Shown here piece by piece: positions 29,431 to 41,227 of a stretch of DNA of 62,878 nucleotides. Position numbers and translations under genes: made by a program. Within the stretch, counting starts at the first letter, position 1, and the number at the start of each line of letters is the position of its first letter. The DNA comes from a bacterium (GTDB lineage: Bacteria > Acidobacteriota > Blastocatellia > HR10): positions 1 to 62,878 of the forward strand of contig JBEPZV010000011.1 of assembly GCA_041640655.1 (NCBI GenBank), read 5' to 3'. Under the pieces are notes generated by a model. That model made no database searches. It was not told where the DNA came from and saw nothing but the letters and a program-made list of their open reading frames with translations.

Positions 29431-30129
29431 ATGGCGCTGCCGGAGAGCGCTCGACTGGAAGGACCGATCCTTCAGGAGCTGCTCGCTCTCGGAGGCGAGG
29501 AGCGCCTGCGCGCGCTGTATGACCGGCTCCGGGCCTATTTCCCTCATCTCGAGGAGCAGCCGGGCGCTTCCGCGCGTTGGCGAATGCTGGTGCAACGCGC
29601 TGGAGCCCGCTTGGTCAGAAAGGGCGAGCTGCAGCGGCGCGCGGGCCGGTGGCGACTCACCGAGCGCGGCCGTCAGCGCGCCGAGGCCGAGCGGATGTTC
29701 CTGGAACCGCTGCGCGTTGAGTCCCCGCGACGCGCGCCCTCTCATGCGGAGCTGCAGACCATGCTCGTCGAGATCGGACGCCTGCTCGGCAAACACGCGG
29801 AGCGAGAGCACGATCGTTACGACGTGGTGTGGAAGGACAGCCCCCTGTCCCCCCGCCTGAGCCACGTGTTCGAGGTCCAGGTGCGGGGGAAGCTCGAGAG
29901 CGCGCTGGTCAAGCTCAAACATGCCTACGACACGCAGCGGTCGAAACCCGTGCTCGTCATCTCGGACGCGCGAGACGAACGCCGCGCGCGCGAATGGCTG
30001 CGCCCCTATCTCTCCGGCTCCTTCCACGAGATCGGAGAGGTCACCGTCGTCCTCGGGGCCGGAGACGTCGAACGCTTGCATCGCGCGCTCACGTCGGTTC
30101 GAGACGTGCTATGCGGGATCTTCACCTGA
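29431..30129 (+). CDS. Mrr_N-like winged-helix domain fused to a PD-(D/E)XK-type nuclease domain (putative)
   Basis: N-terminus PILQELLALGG...RWRMLVQRA...LVRKGEL...GRWRLTERG; C-terminus HAELQ...IGRLLG...RYDVVWK...VFEVQ. Confidence 0.7.
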   Translation: MALPESARLEGPILQELLALGGEERLRALYDRLRAYFPHLEEQPGASARWRMLVQRAGARLVRKGELQRRAGRWRLTERGRQRAEAERMFLEPLRVESPRRAPSHAELQTMLVEIGRLLGKHAEREHDRYDVVWKDSPLSPRLSHVFEVQVRGKLESALVKLKHAYDTQRSKPVLVISDARDERRAREWLRPYLSGSFHEIGEVTVVLGAGDVERLHRALTSVRDVLCGIFT

Positions 30130-32696
30130 CGCCGCCCCTGCGCCGACAGTATCTGGAGATCAAGCGGCGCTATCCCGACATGCTCGTCCTCTTTCAGGTG
30201 GGCGACTTCTTCGAGGCCTTCGACGACGATGCCCTCACGCTCTCGCGCGAGTTGGGGCTGGTCCTGACGACGAAGTACATGGGGAAGAATCTGCGCGTGC
30301 CGCTGGCGGGCATTCCCGTGGTCTCGCTCACGCATCACCTGCGCCGGTTGATCGAGCGGGGATATAAGGTCGCCATCTGCGAACAACTGACGCCGCCCGG
30401 CCGACGCCTCATTCATCGCGACGTCACGCGCGTGGTGACGCCGGGCACACTCATGGAGCCCGCGCTCCTGGAGGAGCGCGCGAGCAATTATCTGGTGAGC
30501 TTCCTCGTCGAAGCCGCGCGCGCGGGCGTAGCCTTTGTGGAGATCACGACCGGGGAATTCGCGGCGACAGAAGCCTCGCGCGAGCAGGCCTGGGAAGAGC
30601 TGACGCGTTTAGGACCGGCCGAAGTCCTGGTCCCGCAGAGCCTCGCCCGCGCGGAGGGCGCGAAGATCCCCGCCCTCACGCTCGGGCGCGCGGCGACGAT
30701 CACGCCGCTGGCGGACGAGGTGTTCGCTCCGGATGCCTGTCGCCGCGCGCTTCACGACCACTTCGGCGCCGCCGCCCTCGAGGCGCAACCGCTGGCGATC
30801 CGCGCCGCCGGCGCCATCCTGCAGTATCTCCGGCGAACGCAGCCGCGCGTGGTCGAGCAGCTCGATCGCGTGCACTCGTATACGCTCGACGCTTACATGG
30901 CGCTGGATCCGCAGACGATCGCCCACTTGGAGATCTTCCAGAGTCGCGCGGGGACGAGCGAGGGATCGCTGCTGGCCGTTCTGGATCGCACGATCACGCC
31001 CATGGGCAGCCGTCGGCTGAAACAGTGGCTGAAATACCCCCTGGTGGATCTCTCGGCCTTGCGGGAGCGTCAGGAGGCGGTCCAGTGGTTCCTCGACCGG
31101 GACGCCATCCGCCGCGAATTCCGCGCCCAGCTCGGCCAGCTCGCCGATATGGAACGGGTGATCGGACGCGTCAAGAGCGGATCGGTCACGCCCCGCGAAG
31201 TCGTCGCGCTCGGCCGCAGCCTGCGCGCGCTCTCCGCGATCCGCGCGCTCTTCGCCGAAGACCCCCCGCCACTTCGCCCACACCTCGCTCAGGTGATCCC
31301 GCAGGACGCGATCGCGCAACTCATCGCCGAGGCGCTTGTCGAAGACCCTCCGCCCTCCCTCGAACAGGGTGGGGTCATCCGAGCGGGCTTCTCCAGAGAG
31401 CTGGACGAGCTGCGCGCGCTCCTCAAGAACGGGAAGGCCTATTTGGCCGAACTCGAAGCGCGCGAGCGCGCGCGCACGGGCATCCGCTCGCTCAAGGTGG
31501 GGTACAACAAGGTCTTCGGCTACTACATCGAGGTCACCAAGCCCAATCTGCATCTGGTTCCCCCGGACTACATCCGCAAGCAGACGCTCGTGGGGGCCGA
31601 GCGGTTCTTCACCCTCGAGCTGAAGGAACACGAATCGGTCGTCGCGCACGCGGAGGAGCGAATTCGCGAGTTGGAATCGAGCCTGTTCCAGCAACTCTGC
31701 GCGCGCATCGCCGAACGCCGCGAGGACATCCTCCGCACGGCGCGCGCGCTCGGCGAGCTGGACGTCTTGGCGACCTGGGCCGACGTCGCCGCCGAATACG
31801 GCTATGTTCGCCCGCAGCTTGTGGCCGAACCGCGAACGCTCATTCGCAATGGGCGCCACCCCGTCGTCGAACGCTGCTTGCCGGCCGGTCAATTCGTCCC
31901 CAACGACACGGCCCTCTCGACCGAGGAAGCGCAGATCCTCATCCTCACCGGCCCGAACCTCTCGGGCAAGTCCACGTATTTGCGTCAGGTCGCCCTCATC
32001 ACGCTGCTGGCACAGGTGGGCAGCTTCGTCCCGGCTGAAGAGGCCCTCATCGGAGTGACCGATCGCATCTGCTACCGCTTCGGCGCCGAAGATTACATCA
32101 GCCAAGGCCGCTCGAGCTTCTTCGTCGAGATGACGGAGACGGCGGCGATCCTGAATCGCGCGACCTCGCGTTCGCTCATCCTCTTCGATGAGATCGGGCG
32201 CGGGACGAGCACGTACGATGGCCTGGCGCTGGCGCGCGCCGTGATCGAATACCTCCATCACCATCCGCGCGTGCGGGCGCGAACGCTCTTCGCCACGCAC
32301 TTTCACGAACTGACGGAGCTGGAGCAACTGCTGCCCCGGGTGAAGAACTTCCACATCCTGGTGGCTGAAGAGAACGGGGAACTCCGCTTCCTGCACCGCG
32401 TCGTCCCCGGGCGCGCGACCCGCAGCTACGGCGTGCAGGTCGCCCGACTGGCGGGGCTGCCGCGCCCGGTCATTCGCCGCGCCGAAGAGTTGCTCGCCGA
32501 ATATGAAGCTCAAGGACGGCGGGGGCTCGAGGTCGGACGCCGCGTCGCCGAACATCCCGACGAATATGCCACGTCCCCCCTTCGGGAGATCGCCGATCGG
32601 TTGCAGCGTCTGGACCCGAATGTCCTCACCCCGATCGAAGCGCTCATGACGCTCTACGAACTGAAGCGCGTGCTCGAAGCCTCCGGGTCGGAGTGA
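30111..32696 (+). CDS. mutS: MutS1-family mismatch-binding ATPase (divergent)
   Basis: Motifs GDFFE, KVAICEQ, GRHPVVE, TGPNLSGKSTYLRQ, DEIGRGTS, FATHFHEL and SYGVQVARLAG; ATG 30111 overlaps the upstream gene by 19 bp. Confidence 0.92.
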   Translation: MRDLHLTPPLRRQYLEIKRRYPDMLVLFQVGDFFEAFDDDALTLSRELGLVLTTKYMGKNLRVPLAGIPVVSLTHHLRRLIERGYKVAICEQLTPPGRRLIHRDVTRVVTPGTLMEPALLEERASNYLVSFLVEAARAGVAFVEITTGEFAATEASREQAWEELTRLGPAEVLVPQSLARAEGAKIPALTLGRAATITPLADEVFAPDACRRALHDHFGAAALEAQPLAIRAAGAILQYLRRTQPRVVEQLDRVHSYTLDAYMALDPQTIAHLEIFQSRAGTSEGSLLAVLDRTITPMGSRRLKQWLKYPLVDLSALRERQEAVQWFLDRDAIRREFRAQLGQLADMERVIGRVKSGSVTPREVVALGRSLRALSAIRALFAEDPPPLRPHLAQVIPQDAIAQLIAEALVEDPPPSLEQGGVIRAGFSRELDELRALLKNGKAYLAELEARERARTGIRSLKVGYNKVFGYYIEVTKPNLHLVPPDYIRKQTLVGAERFFTLELKEHESVVAHAEERIRELESSLFQQLCARIAERREDILRTARALGELDVLATWADVAAEYGYVRPQLVAEPRTLIRNGRHPVVERCLPAGQFVPNDTALSTEEAQILILTGPNLSGKSTYLRQVALITLLAQVGSFVPAEEALIGVTDRICYRFGAEDYISQGRSSFFVEMTETAAILNRATSRSLILFDEIGRGTSTYDGLALARAVIEYLHHHPRVRARTLFATHFHELTELEQLLPRVKNFHILVAEENGELRFLHRVVPGRATRSYGVQVARLAGLPRPVIRRAEELLAEYEAQGRRGLEVGRRVAEHPDEYATSPLREIADRLQRLDPNVLTPIEALMTLYELKRVLEASGSE

Positions 32697-32706
32697 CCGC
32701 CGCGCT

Positions 32707-34520
<1,814 letters not shown>

Positions 34521-34524
<4 letters not shown>

Positions 34525-35498
34525 CTCCGAAACGACCGGAAGGTATCGCGCGCGAGCATCGCGCCGCCGATGACGCCCGCCTGACCGCCCAGCAGCGACG
34601 TGACGATCTCACAATGAGCCGCCATGGCCGCGAACGCCCGGCGCTTGACCTCCGCGATGATCGGATTCAGCAGCAGCTCACCGGCGACCATGACGCCTCC
34701 CCCCAACACGACCATGTCGGGATTGAGGAGGTTGATGACGTTGGCCACCGCGATCCCGATCCACTTCCCCGTCTGCTCCAGGATCATGAGCGAGAAGTCA
34801 TCACCGGTGAGCGCTTCGGTGGCGATGCGCTCGGGCGTCAGCTCCCCTTTCCCCGGCATGGCCAGGCTCGAGAGCGAGGAGCTGCGGTCCCGGAAGAGCC
34901 GCTCGCGCGCGCGCCGGACGATATTGGGGCCGGAGGCGATCGTCTCCAAGCACCCGCGATTGCCGCACGCGCAGGGCAGGCCCTCCGGGTCCACGGTCGT
35001 ATGGCCGAATTCTCCGGCGAAGCCGAGCGCGCCGCGATAGAGTTTCCCTTCGCAGATGACCCCGGCCCCGATGCCCGTCCCCACAGCGATGTAGATCACG
35101 TTCGATCGGCCCCGAGCCGCACCGCAGATGAATTCTCCGTAGGCGGCCATATTCGCATCGTTCTCGACGAGCACCGGACAACGCAAGAGCTCCGCCACCG
35201 CTTCGGAGACATCCACCTTCACGAGTGCGGGCAGGTTCGGCGCCGCCTCCACGCGCCCTGTCCTGGCGTTGACCAAACCCGGGACGCCCACGCCCGCGCT
35301 GCGAATCGGCCACCGACGCTCGCTCGCCCGATCTCGCAGGCGCTCGACGCAGTGGCGCACCCCCTCCAGGACCACGCCCGGATCATCGCCGATGGCCTCC
35401 TGGGTGATCTCGCAGATCTCCCCCTCGGCGTTCACGAGCGCCGCTTTGACGGTCGTGGCGCTGACGTCCACGCCCATGTAGATGGTCGCATCGTCCAT
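34521..35498 (-). CDS. ROK family sugar kinase (glucokinase-like)
   Basis: Motifs [21 protein letters not shown] and [10 protein letters not shown]; upstream promoter TTGACG-18-TATAGT (35524-35553). Confidence 0.9.
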
Positions 35499-35682
35499 AG
35501 ACCTTCCCGCCTCGGTTTTCGACACTATAGCAGAAGGCGCGAGAGCGCGTCAAAATCTCCCCCCTCCGTCCCTCCGCCGCTGACCTCGCGAATCTCGGTC
35601 CCACGACCTTGCGCGAATCGTCGAGTGTGATAAATTTACCACTTCGCGTGATGATCTCGCCATCGAGGGAGAGGGGCGACCG

Positions 35683-37788
35683 ATGAAGACGTATACAGGA
35701 CCGGAGATCCGAAACATCGCTGTCGTCGGGCATGGAGATGCGGGGAAGACCTCGCTCGTCTCCGCCATGCTCTTTGATGCGGGCGTCACTCCGCGATTGG
35801 GGCGAGTGGACGACGGCACGACGGTGACCGATTATGATGAGGATGAGATCGAGCGCAAGATCACGCTGCACACGGCGCTCGCCCACGTGGAATGGAAGGG
35901 GACGAAGATCAACCTCCTGGACACCCCCGGCTATCAGGCCTTCATCCACGATGCGCGCGGCGCCGTGCGCGTGGCCGATACGGCTCTGGTCGTTGTGGAT
36001 GCCGTCGAGGGCGTCCAAGTCCAGACGGAGAAGGCGTGGAGCTATGCGGAGGAATTCGGCACCCCACGCGCCCTCGTCATCAATAAGATGGATCGCGAGC
36101 GGGCCGACTTCGACGCCGCGCTCACCTCTATCGTGGAAGCGTTCGGGCGCTCGGCTGTCCCCTTCCAGATCCCCATCGGGAGGGAGCGCGAATTCTCCGG
36201 CGTGGTGGATGTGATCGCGCGCCGCGCCTATCTCTTCCAGAATGATCTGAGCGGGACGTTCACCGAGATGGATCCGCCGACGGAGCTGAGCGATCAGATC
36301 GAGGCGCGCCGCGAAGCGCTCATCGAGATGGTGGCCGAGAGCTCGGATGAGCTGCTGGAGAAGTTCTTCGCCGAGGGCACGCTCGCGGATGAGGACTTGC
36401 TCGCGGGCATTCGGAAGGCCATCTTGGAGAAGCGGCTCTTCCCTGTCTTCGTCGCTTCGGCGTACTTGAACATCGGCATTCAGCCGCTTCTGGATGCGCT
36501 GGTGCGCTACACGCCGGCGCCGACGGACTTCGGGAGCGTGCGCGGGCGCGCGGGGATCGAGGCCGATGCCCCGGTGATCGAGCGTCCGATCTCGGATGAC
36601 GCGCCCTACTCCGCCTTCGTCTTCAAGACGATCGCCGATCCCTTCGCCGGTCGCATCACGCTCTTCAAGGTCTATTCCGGCATCATGCGGTCGGACATGA
36701 CGGCCTACAACATCACCAAGGGCGTCCAAGAGCGCCTGGGGCCGCTTCATGTCGTTCAGGGCAAGCAGCTCGAAAAGGTCCCCGAGCTGCATGCGGGTGA
36801 CATCGGGGCCGTCACGAAGCTGCGCGAGACGCACACCAATGACACCTTCGCCGATAAGGCGGCGCCCATCGTCTACGATCCGATCACCTTCCCGCAGCCA
36901 GCCATCGCCTTCGCCATCGAGCCGAAGTCGCGCGCGGATGAGGACAAGCTCTCGGCGGCGCTGCATCGGCTCCTGGAAGAGGACCTGGCGCTGCGCTTCG
37001 AGCGCGATCCGCAGACGAAAGACTTCCTGCTCTCGGGGACCGGACAGTTGCACATCGAGACCGTCGTCGCGCGCCTCAAGAAGCGCTACGGCGTGGACGT
37101 GAACCTGAAGCTCCCGAAGGTGCCCTATCGCGAGACGTTCAAAAACCGCGTGGAAGCGCACGGGCGGCACAAGAAGCAGACGGGCGGGCGCGGACAGTTC
37201 GGCGATTGCGTTTGCATCTTCGAGCCGCTGCCGCGCGGCGCGGGCTTCGAGTTCGTGGATAAGATCTTCGGCGGGGTGATCCCGCAGCAGTTCCGCCCGG
37301 CGGTCGAGAAAGGCATTCTCGAAGCCGCGCAGAATGGGCCGCTGGCGGGCTATCCCGTCGTGGATTTCCGCGTCGAGCTGATTGACGGGCAGACGCATCC
37401 GGTGGATTCCGATGAGTTGTCCTTCAAGTTGGCGGGGATCAAAGCCTTCCGCATCGCCATGGAGAAGGCCAATCCCGTGCTGCTGGAGCCGATCATGCAC
37501 GTGGAGGTCGTCGTCCCGCAGGAATGCGCGGGCGATGTCATCGGCGATCTGAACGCGCGGCGCGGCCGCATCCTGGGCATGGAAGCGCGCGGCAAGCAGC
37601 AGGTCATTCGCGCGCAAGTCCCGCTGGCCGAGATGCTCACCTATCAATCCACGTTGAATTCCCTCACGGGCGCACGCGGCACGTACACGATGGAGCTCTC
37701 GCATTACGACGAGGTTCCCCCGCACATCGCGCAGAAGATCATCGCCGAAGCGCGCGCCGAAGGCCGAGTCAAAGCTGAGGAGGAGTGA
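35683..37788 (+). CDS. fusA: Elongation factor G paralogue (EF-G2 type)
   Basis: Five-domain EF-G with motifs GHGDAGKTSL, RKITL, DTPGY, NKMD and HKKQTGGRGQFG; not in the str operon. Confidence 0.9.
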   Translation: MKTYTGPEIRNIAVVGHGDAGKTSLVSAMLFDAGVTPRLGRVDDGTTVTDYDEDEIERKITLHTALAHVEWKGTKINLLDTPGYQAFIHDARGAVRVADTALVVVDAVEGVQVQTEKAWSYAEEFGTPRALVINKMDRERADFDAALTSIVEAFGRSAVPFQIPIGREREFSGVVDVIARRAYLFQNDLSGTFTEMDPPTELSDQIEARREALIEMVAESSDELLEKFFAEGTLADEDLLAGIRKAILEKRLFPVFVASAYLNIGIQPLLDALVRYTPAPTDFGSVRGRAGIEADAPVIERPISDDAPYSAFVFKTIADPFAGRITLFKVYSGIMRSDMTAYNITKGVQERLGPLHVVQGKQLEKVPELHAGDIGAVTKLRETHTNDTFADKAAPIVYDPITFPQPAIAFAIEPKSRADEDKLSAALHRLLEEDLALRFERDPQTKDFLLSGTGQLHIETVVARLKKRYGVDVNLKLPKVPYRETFKNRVEAHGRHKKQTGGRGQFGDCVCIFEPLPRGAGFEFVDKIFGGVIPQQFRPAVEKGILEAAQNGPLAGYPVVDFRVELIDGQTHPVDSDELSFKLAGIKAFRIAMEKANPVLLEPIMHVEVVVPQECAGDVIGDLNARRGRILGMEARGKQQVIRAQVPLAEMLTYQSTLNSLTGARGTYTMELSHYDEVPPHIAQKIIAEARAEGRVKAEEE

Positions 37789-37826
37789 CGCCCCTTGCGC
37801 GCGCCGACCGCGCGCGGAGACGCGGC

Positions 37827-38423
37827 ATGCCGAGGACGTTGCTCGTCGCGACGAGAAACCGCGGGAAATGGATGGAGATCCGGGAGTTGCTCGCCGACCT
37901 CCCGCTGGAATTGATCAACCTGGGCGATCTCCCTCATCTCCCCGAGGCTGTCGAATCCGGGGCTTCGTTTGAGGAGAACGCGCGGCAGAAAGCCCGCTTC
38001 TTCCACGAACGGACGGGATGGCTCACGGTCGCCGAAGACTCCGGTCTGGTCGTGGAGGCACTAGGAGGTGCTCCGGGTCTTCTGTCCGCTCGATACGGCA
38101 GGAGCGACGCCGAGCGCATCGCCCGATTGCTCGCCGAGCTTCGCGACGTCCCCTCCGAACGACGCACGGCCCGCTTCGTCTGCGTCGCCGCGCTCGTCGG
38201 CCCGGGCATCGAGAGGACCTTTCGTGGCGAAGTGATCGGTCGGATCCGAACCGCACCGGCGGGGACCGGCGGCTTCGGATACGACCCCGTCTTTGAATAC
38301 CCCCCGCTGGGAAAGACATTCGCCGAGCTGACGCGCGCGGAGAAGTGCGCCGTCAGCCACCGCGGCCAGGCCTTCCGCCAACTCCGGGACTTCCTCCAAC
38401 AGTACCTGAGCATCGCTCCTTGA
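37827..38423 (+). CDS. rdgB: Non-canonical purine NTP pyrophosphatase (Ham1/RdgB)
   Basis: Motifs ATRNRGK, AEDSGL, GFGYDPVF and SHRGQA. Confidence 0.93.
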   Translation: MPRTLLVATRNRGKWMEIRELLADLPLELINLGDLPHLPEAVESGASFEENARQKARFFHERTGWLTVAEDSGLVVEALGGAPGLLSARYGRSDAERIARLLAELRDVPSERRTARFVCVAALVGPGIERTFRGEVIGRIRTAPAGTGGFGYDPVFEYPPLGKTFAELTRAEKCAVSHRGQAFRQLRDFLQQYLSIAP

Positions 38424-38813
38424 GGTCCTCTCGCCCTCACGAAGAGGGAGGGCCGACCGGCCTCCAGCTGCTCTCACAGCAGCAAGCGCATCCTGGTGAG
38501 GCCATAAAACGAGCCACGCCGACACCTGTTCTTCACAACGCTTCGCCCGTGCCGCGGTCCGTTGCGCGACCGGCGTCGTGAGAATCGCCTCTCACGCCCC
38601 CGGCATCTCAGGGATCGGATGAAACCGAAGCTCCCACTGACGCGCGCTGAAGAACTCGTGGCCGCTCAAACTCACCCTGTCGCTCCAGCGCAGGGCACCG
38701 GCGATAGGCACCGACCAGATTCGCTCGCTGGCACAAGAGGAAGAGGGGCATTCGATCCGGGAGGGGATGTTCTGGGATGAAGACGAGGGACGTGTCTTCA
38801 GGAGGGAGGGCGC

Positions 38814-39635
38814 TCAACTCCCCCAATCCCGCTTGTAGCGGAAGTCGTGGCCGATGGAGCGAGAGGAGATCTTCGGGCAGAGGGGCGTCCGCCGCTTGAA
38901 CTGCGATCGGCGCACCATCTCCGCGATCCGGCGCACCAGCGCCTCATCATGGCCATCGGCGACGAGCGCCTCCAGGGACCGACGCCGATCCACCAGCTCG
39001 ACAAGAAGGGTATCGAGCACATCATAGGTGATCCCCAACTCCTCCTCATCCGACTGGCCGATCCACAGGTCGGCCGTCGGCGGCTTCTCCAGAATGCGCG
39101 ATGGCACGCCGAGGTACTGTGCCAGCCGTCTCACCTCGGTTTTGTAGAGATCGCCGAGCGGCCACATGGCCGCCGCCATATCGCCGTAGATCGTCCCATA
39201 TCCCACGAGCAGCTCGGTCTTGTTACTCGTCCCAATCACCAGAGCGCGCAATGCTGCCGAGAGATCGTACAACACCAACATCCGCATGCGCGCCATCGCG
39301 TTCCCGCGCCGGATGCGATCGGCATCCGGGAAATGCTCGAAATACGCGTCCACCATCGGCGTGATCTCGACCCGAATCGTCCGAATCCCCAATTGATCGG
39401 CGACCATCTGCGCATCGGCCACGCTGGCGGGATCGCTCGTCCGATAGGGCATGAGCACGCCGTAGGTGTTCTCCGGTCCCAATGCCCGCGCCGTCAGGTG
39501 CGCGACGACCGAGGAGTCCAATCCCCCGGAGAGGCCGAGCACGCCGCGCTCGAACCCCACCTTCGTCACCTCCTCGCGAATGAACCGAACGAGCAATTCC
39601 GCTGCCAGAGCGGGATTGAAATCCTCAAACGCCAT
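38814..39635 (-). CDS. nadE: NAD+ synthetase (synthetase domain only)
   Basis: Motifs LGLSGGLDS, GNAMARMR, GTSNKTE, GDLYKTEV and PTADLW. Confidence 0.93.
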   Translation of the reverse strand: MAFEDFNPALAAELLVRFIREEVTKVGFERGVLGLSGGLDSSVVAHLTARALGPENTYGVLMPYRTSDPASVADAQMVADQLGIRTIRVEITPMVDAYFEHFPDADRIRRGNAMARMRMLVLYDLSAALRALVIGTSNKTELLVGYGTIYGDMAAAMWPLGDLYKTEVRRLAQYLGVPSRILEKPPTADLWIGQSDEEELGITYDVLDTLLVELVDRRRSLEALVADGHDEALVRRIAEMVRRSQFKRRTPLCPKISSRSIGHDFRYKRDWGS

Positions 39636-39648
39636 CTCCGATCCGCGC

Positions 39649-40533
39649 TCACGATCCCTCGTCCGAGGGCGCAAGATGATGTCGTCTCGCATAGATGCGC
39701 TTCAATTCGCGCAGGACCAAATCCAGGCGCTCATCGCGCAAGAGGGGATAGAACAAGCGAGCGCGACGGATCTCCCCCACATCCACCTCGCCGACGAGCA
39801 ATGTTTCGTCCAGCATGGGAGCGCTCGCGCTCGGGCGCCCGAACGGATCCACGATCACCGACCCTCCGGCGAATACGGCGCCGTCTTCGAATCCCACGCG
39901 GTTCACATACACGACGTAGATCATGTAGGCCTGCGCGGCGGAACGGGTGATCGTCTCCCACGCCTCGATGCTGCCGAGCTTGCCCTCGCCGCGCACACCA
40001 CGTCCCGGACCAGCCGAAAGGCACAGGAGGATCTGCGCCCCATCCTGCGCCAGGAGATAGACCGAGGAGGGATGCCACATGTCCTCGCAGATGAGCATCC
40101 CCATGCGCCCCCATTGCGTGTCGAAGGCGCGCAGGGTGTCGCCCGGGGCCAGGTATCGCCCCTCGTCGAACATCCCATAGGTCGGCAGATAGAGCTTGCG
40201 ATGGATGTGGACGATCTCCCCTCGGCTCACATACACCGCCGCATTGAAGAATCGAAAATCCTCCCCGACCTCGATGCAGCCGAAGGCGATATCCATGCGA
40301 TGCCACAGGCTGGCCTCGCGCAATGCCGCCACAACCTCCGAGCGCGCGGGCTCAAGCGCCACATCGGGGACCAAATCTTCCAGGTAATACCCGGTGAGGG
40401 AGAGCTCGGGGAAGACGATCAACTCGGCTCCCTGCTCCGCCGCGCGCGCGATCGTCTCCAGATGAAGCGCGAGGTTGCGCGCCACGTCGCCCAGCGAGGG
40501 CCGAATCTGCGCCAGCGCGATCCGGAATCGCAT
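39649..40533 (-). CDS. Nitrilase/carbon-nitrogen hydrolase; probable stand-alone glutaminase subunit of NAD synthetase
   Basis: E-K-C triad in PELSLTGY, HRKLYLPTYGMFDEGRY and ICEDMW; directly upstream of nadE. Confidence 0.85.
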   Translation of the reverse strand: MRFRIALAQIRPSLGDVARNLALHLETIARAAEQGAELIVFPELSLTGYYLEDLVPDVALEPARSEVVAALREASLWHRMDIAFGCIEVGEDFRFFNAAVYVSRGEIVHIHRKLYLPTYGMFDEGRYLAPGDTLRAFDTQWGRMGMLICEDMWHPSSVYLLAQDGAQILLCLSAGPGRGVRGEGKLGSIEAWETITRSAAQAYMIYVVYVNRVGFEDGAVFAGGSVIVDPFGRPSASAPMLDETLLVGEVDVGEIRRARLFYPLLRDERLDLVLRELKRIYARRHHLAPSDEGS

Positions 40534-40548
40534 GCGCTCTCCCCGGGA

Positions 40549-41211
40549 TCACCGAATCTCCAGGTCCTGACTCAGGATGAGGCGGAAGCGCGTCCCCGGG
40601 CGCAGCGAGATATCCTCGCCAGGAAGCGCGATCTCCGTCGCCCCGGATTCGCGCGTCGAGACCTTCATCAACTCAACGCTCTCGCGTCGCAGCCCTCGTC
40701 GGGAAGGCTTCCCTTCAGGAATCCCCGGATCCGGAATCCGGCGAATGCTGATCCCGCCGGAGACTTCGATGCGCGGCCCACGACGCGGCTCCCCCCCGGT
40801 CGTCTCCGCTGGGACCATCTCCTTGGGCGGAGGCGGCGGCTCCAGCGCCTTCACCCGCAGGGCGATGGGAAGCGCGCGCGCGCCTAGGGAGACCTCGCGA
40901 AAGTGCACGACGAGCGTCGAGAAATTCCCCTCCTCATCCTGCTCCGCTCGGGCCACACCGAGGATCCGCGCGCCTCGCGGCAAGACCTCCCGCCCACCGA
41001 CGAGGATCGTCTGCGCCAGGCGAAGCACGAACCGCCCCTCCTCTCCGATCAGGCGCGTATCCAAATCTTCCTCCAGCTCCGCCACGAATTCGGTCCCTGC
41101 CGGGATGACGGCCCGTTGAGCGGCGATGACCATCCCGAGGAGCATCACGGCGAGAAGCCCCGCGACACCGCTCCAGAGACGGATGGAACTGGCTCGAGCG
41201 ATCGTTCCCAT
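40549..41211 (-). CDS. Secreted protein with TrbI/VirB10-like beta domain
   Basis: Signal peptide followed by IPAGTEFVAEL...VLPRGARILG...LRPGTRF. Confidence 0.6.
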   Translation of the reverse strand: MGTIARASSIRLWSGVAGLLAVMLLGMVIAAQRAVIPAGTEFVAELEEDLDTRLIGEEGRFVLRLAQTILVGGREVLPRGARILGVARAEQDEEGNFSTLVVHFREVSLGARALPIALRVKALEPPPPPKEMVPAETTGGEPRRGPRIEVSGGISIRRIPDPGIPEGKPSRRGLRRESVELMKVSTRESGATEIALPGEDISLRPGTRFRLILSQDLEIR

Positions 41212-41227
41212 AACTCCCTCCCAGCGC

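Noticed and set aside
29829..30110. N-terminal extension of MutS (955-aa ORF call)
   Set aside because: It is low-complexity read-through overlapping the nuclease gene; MutS homology begins at ATG 30111.
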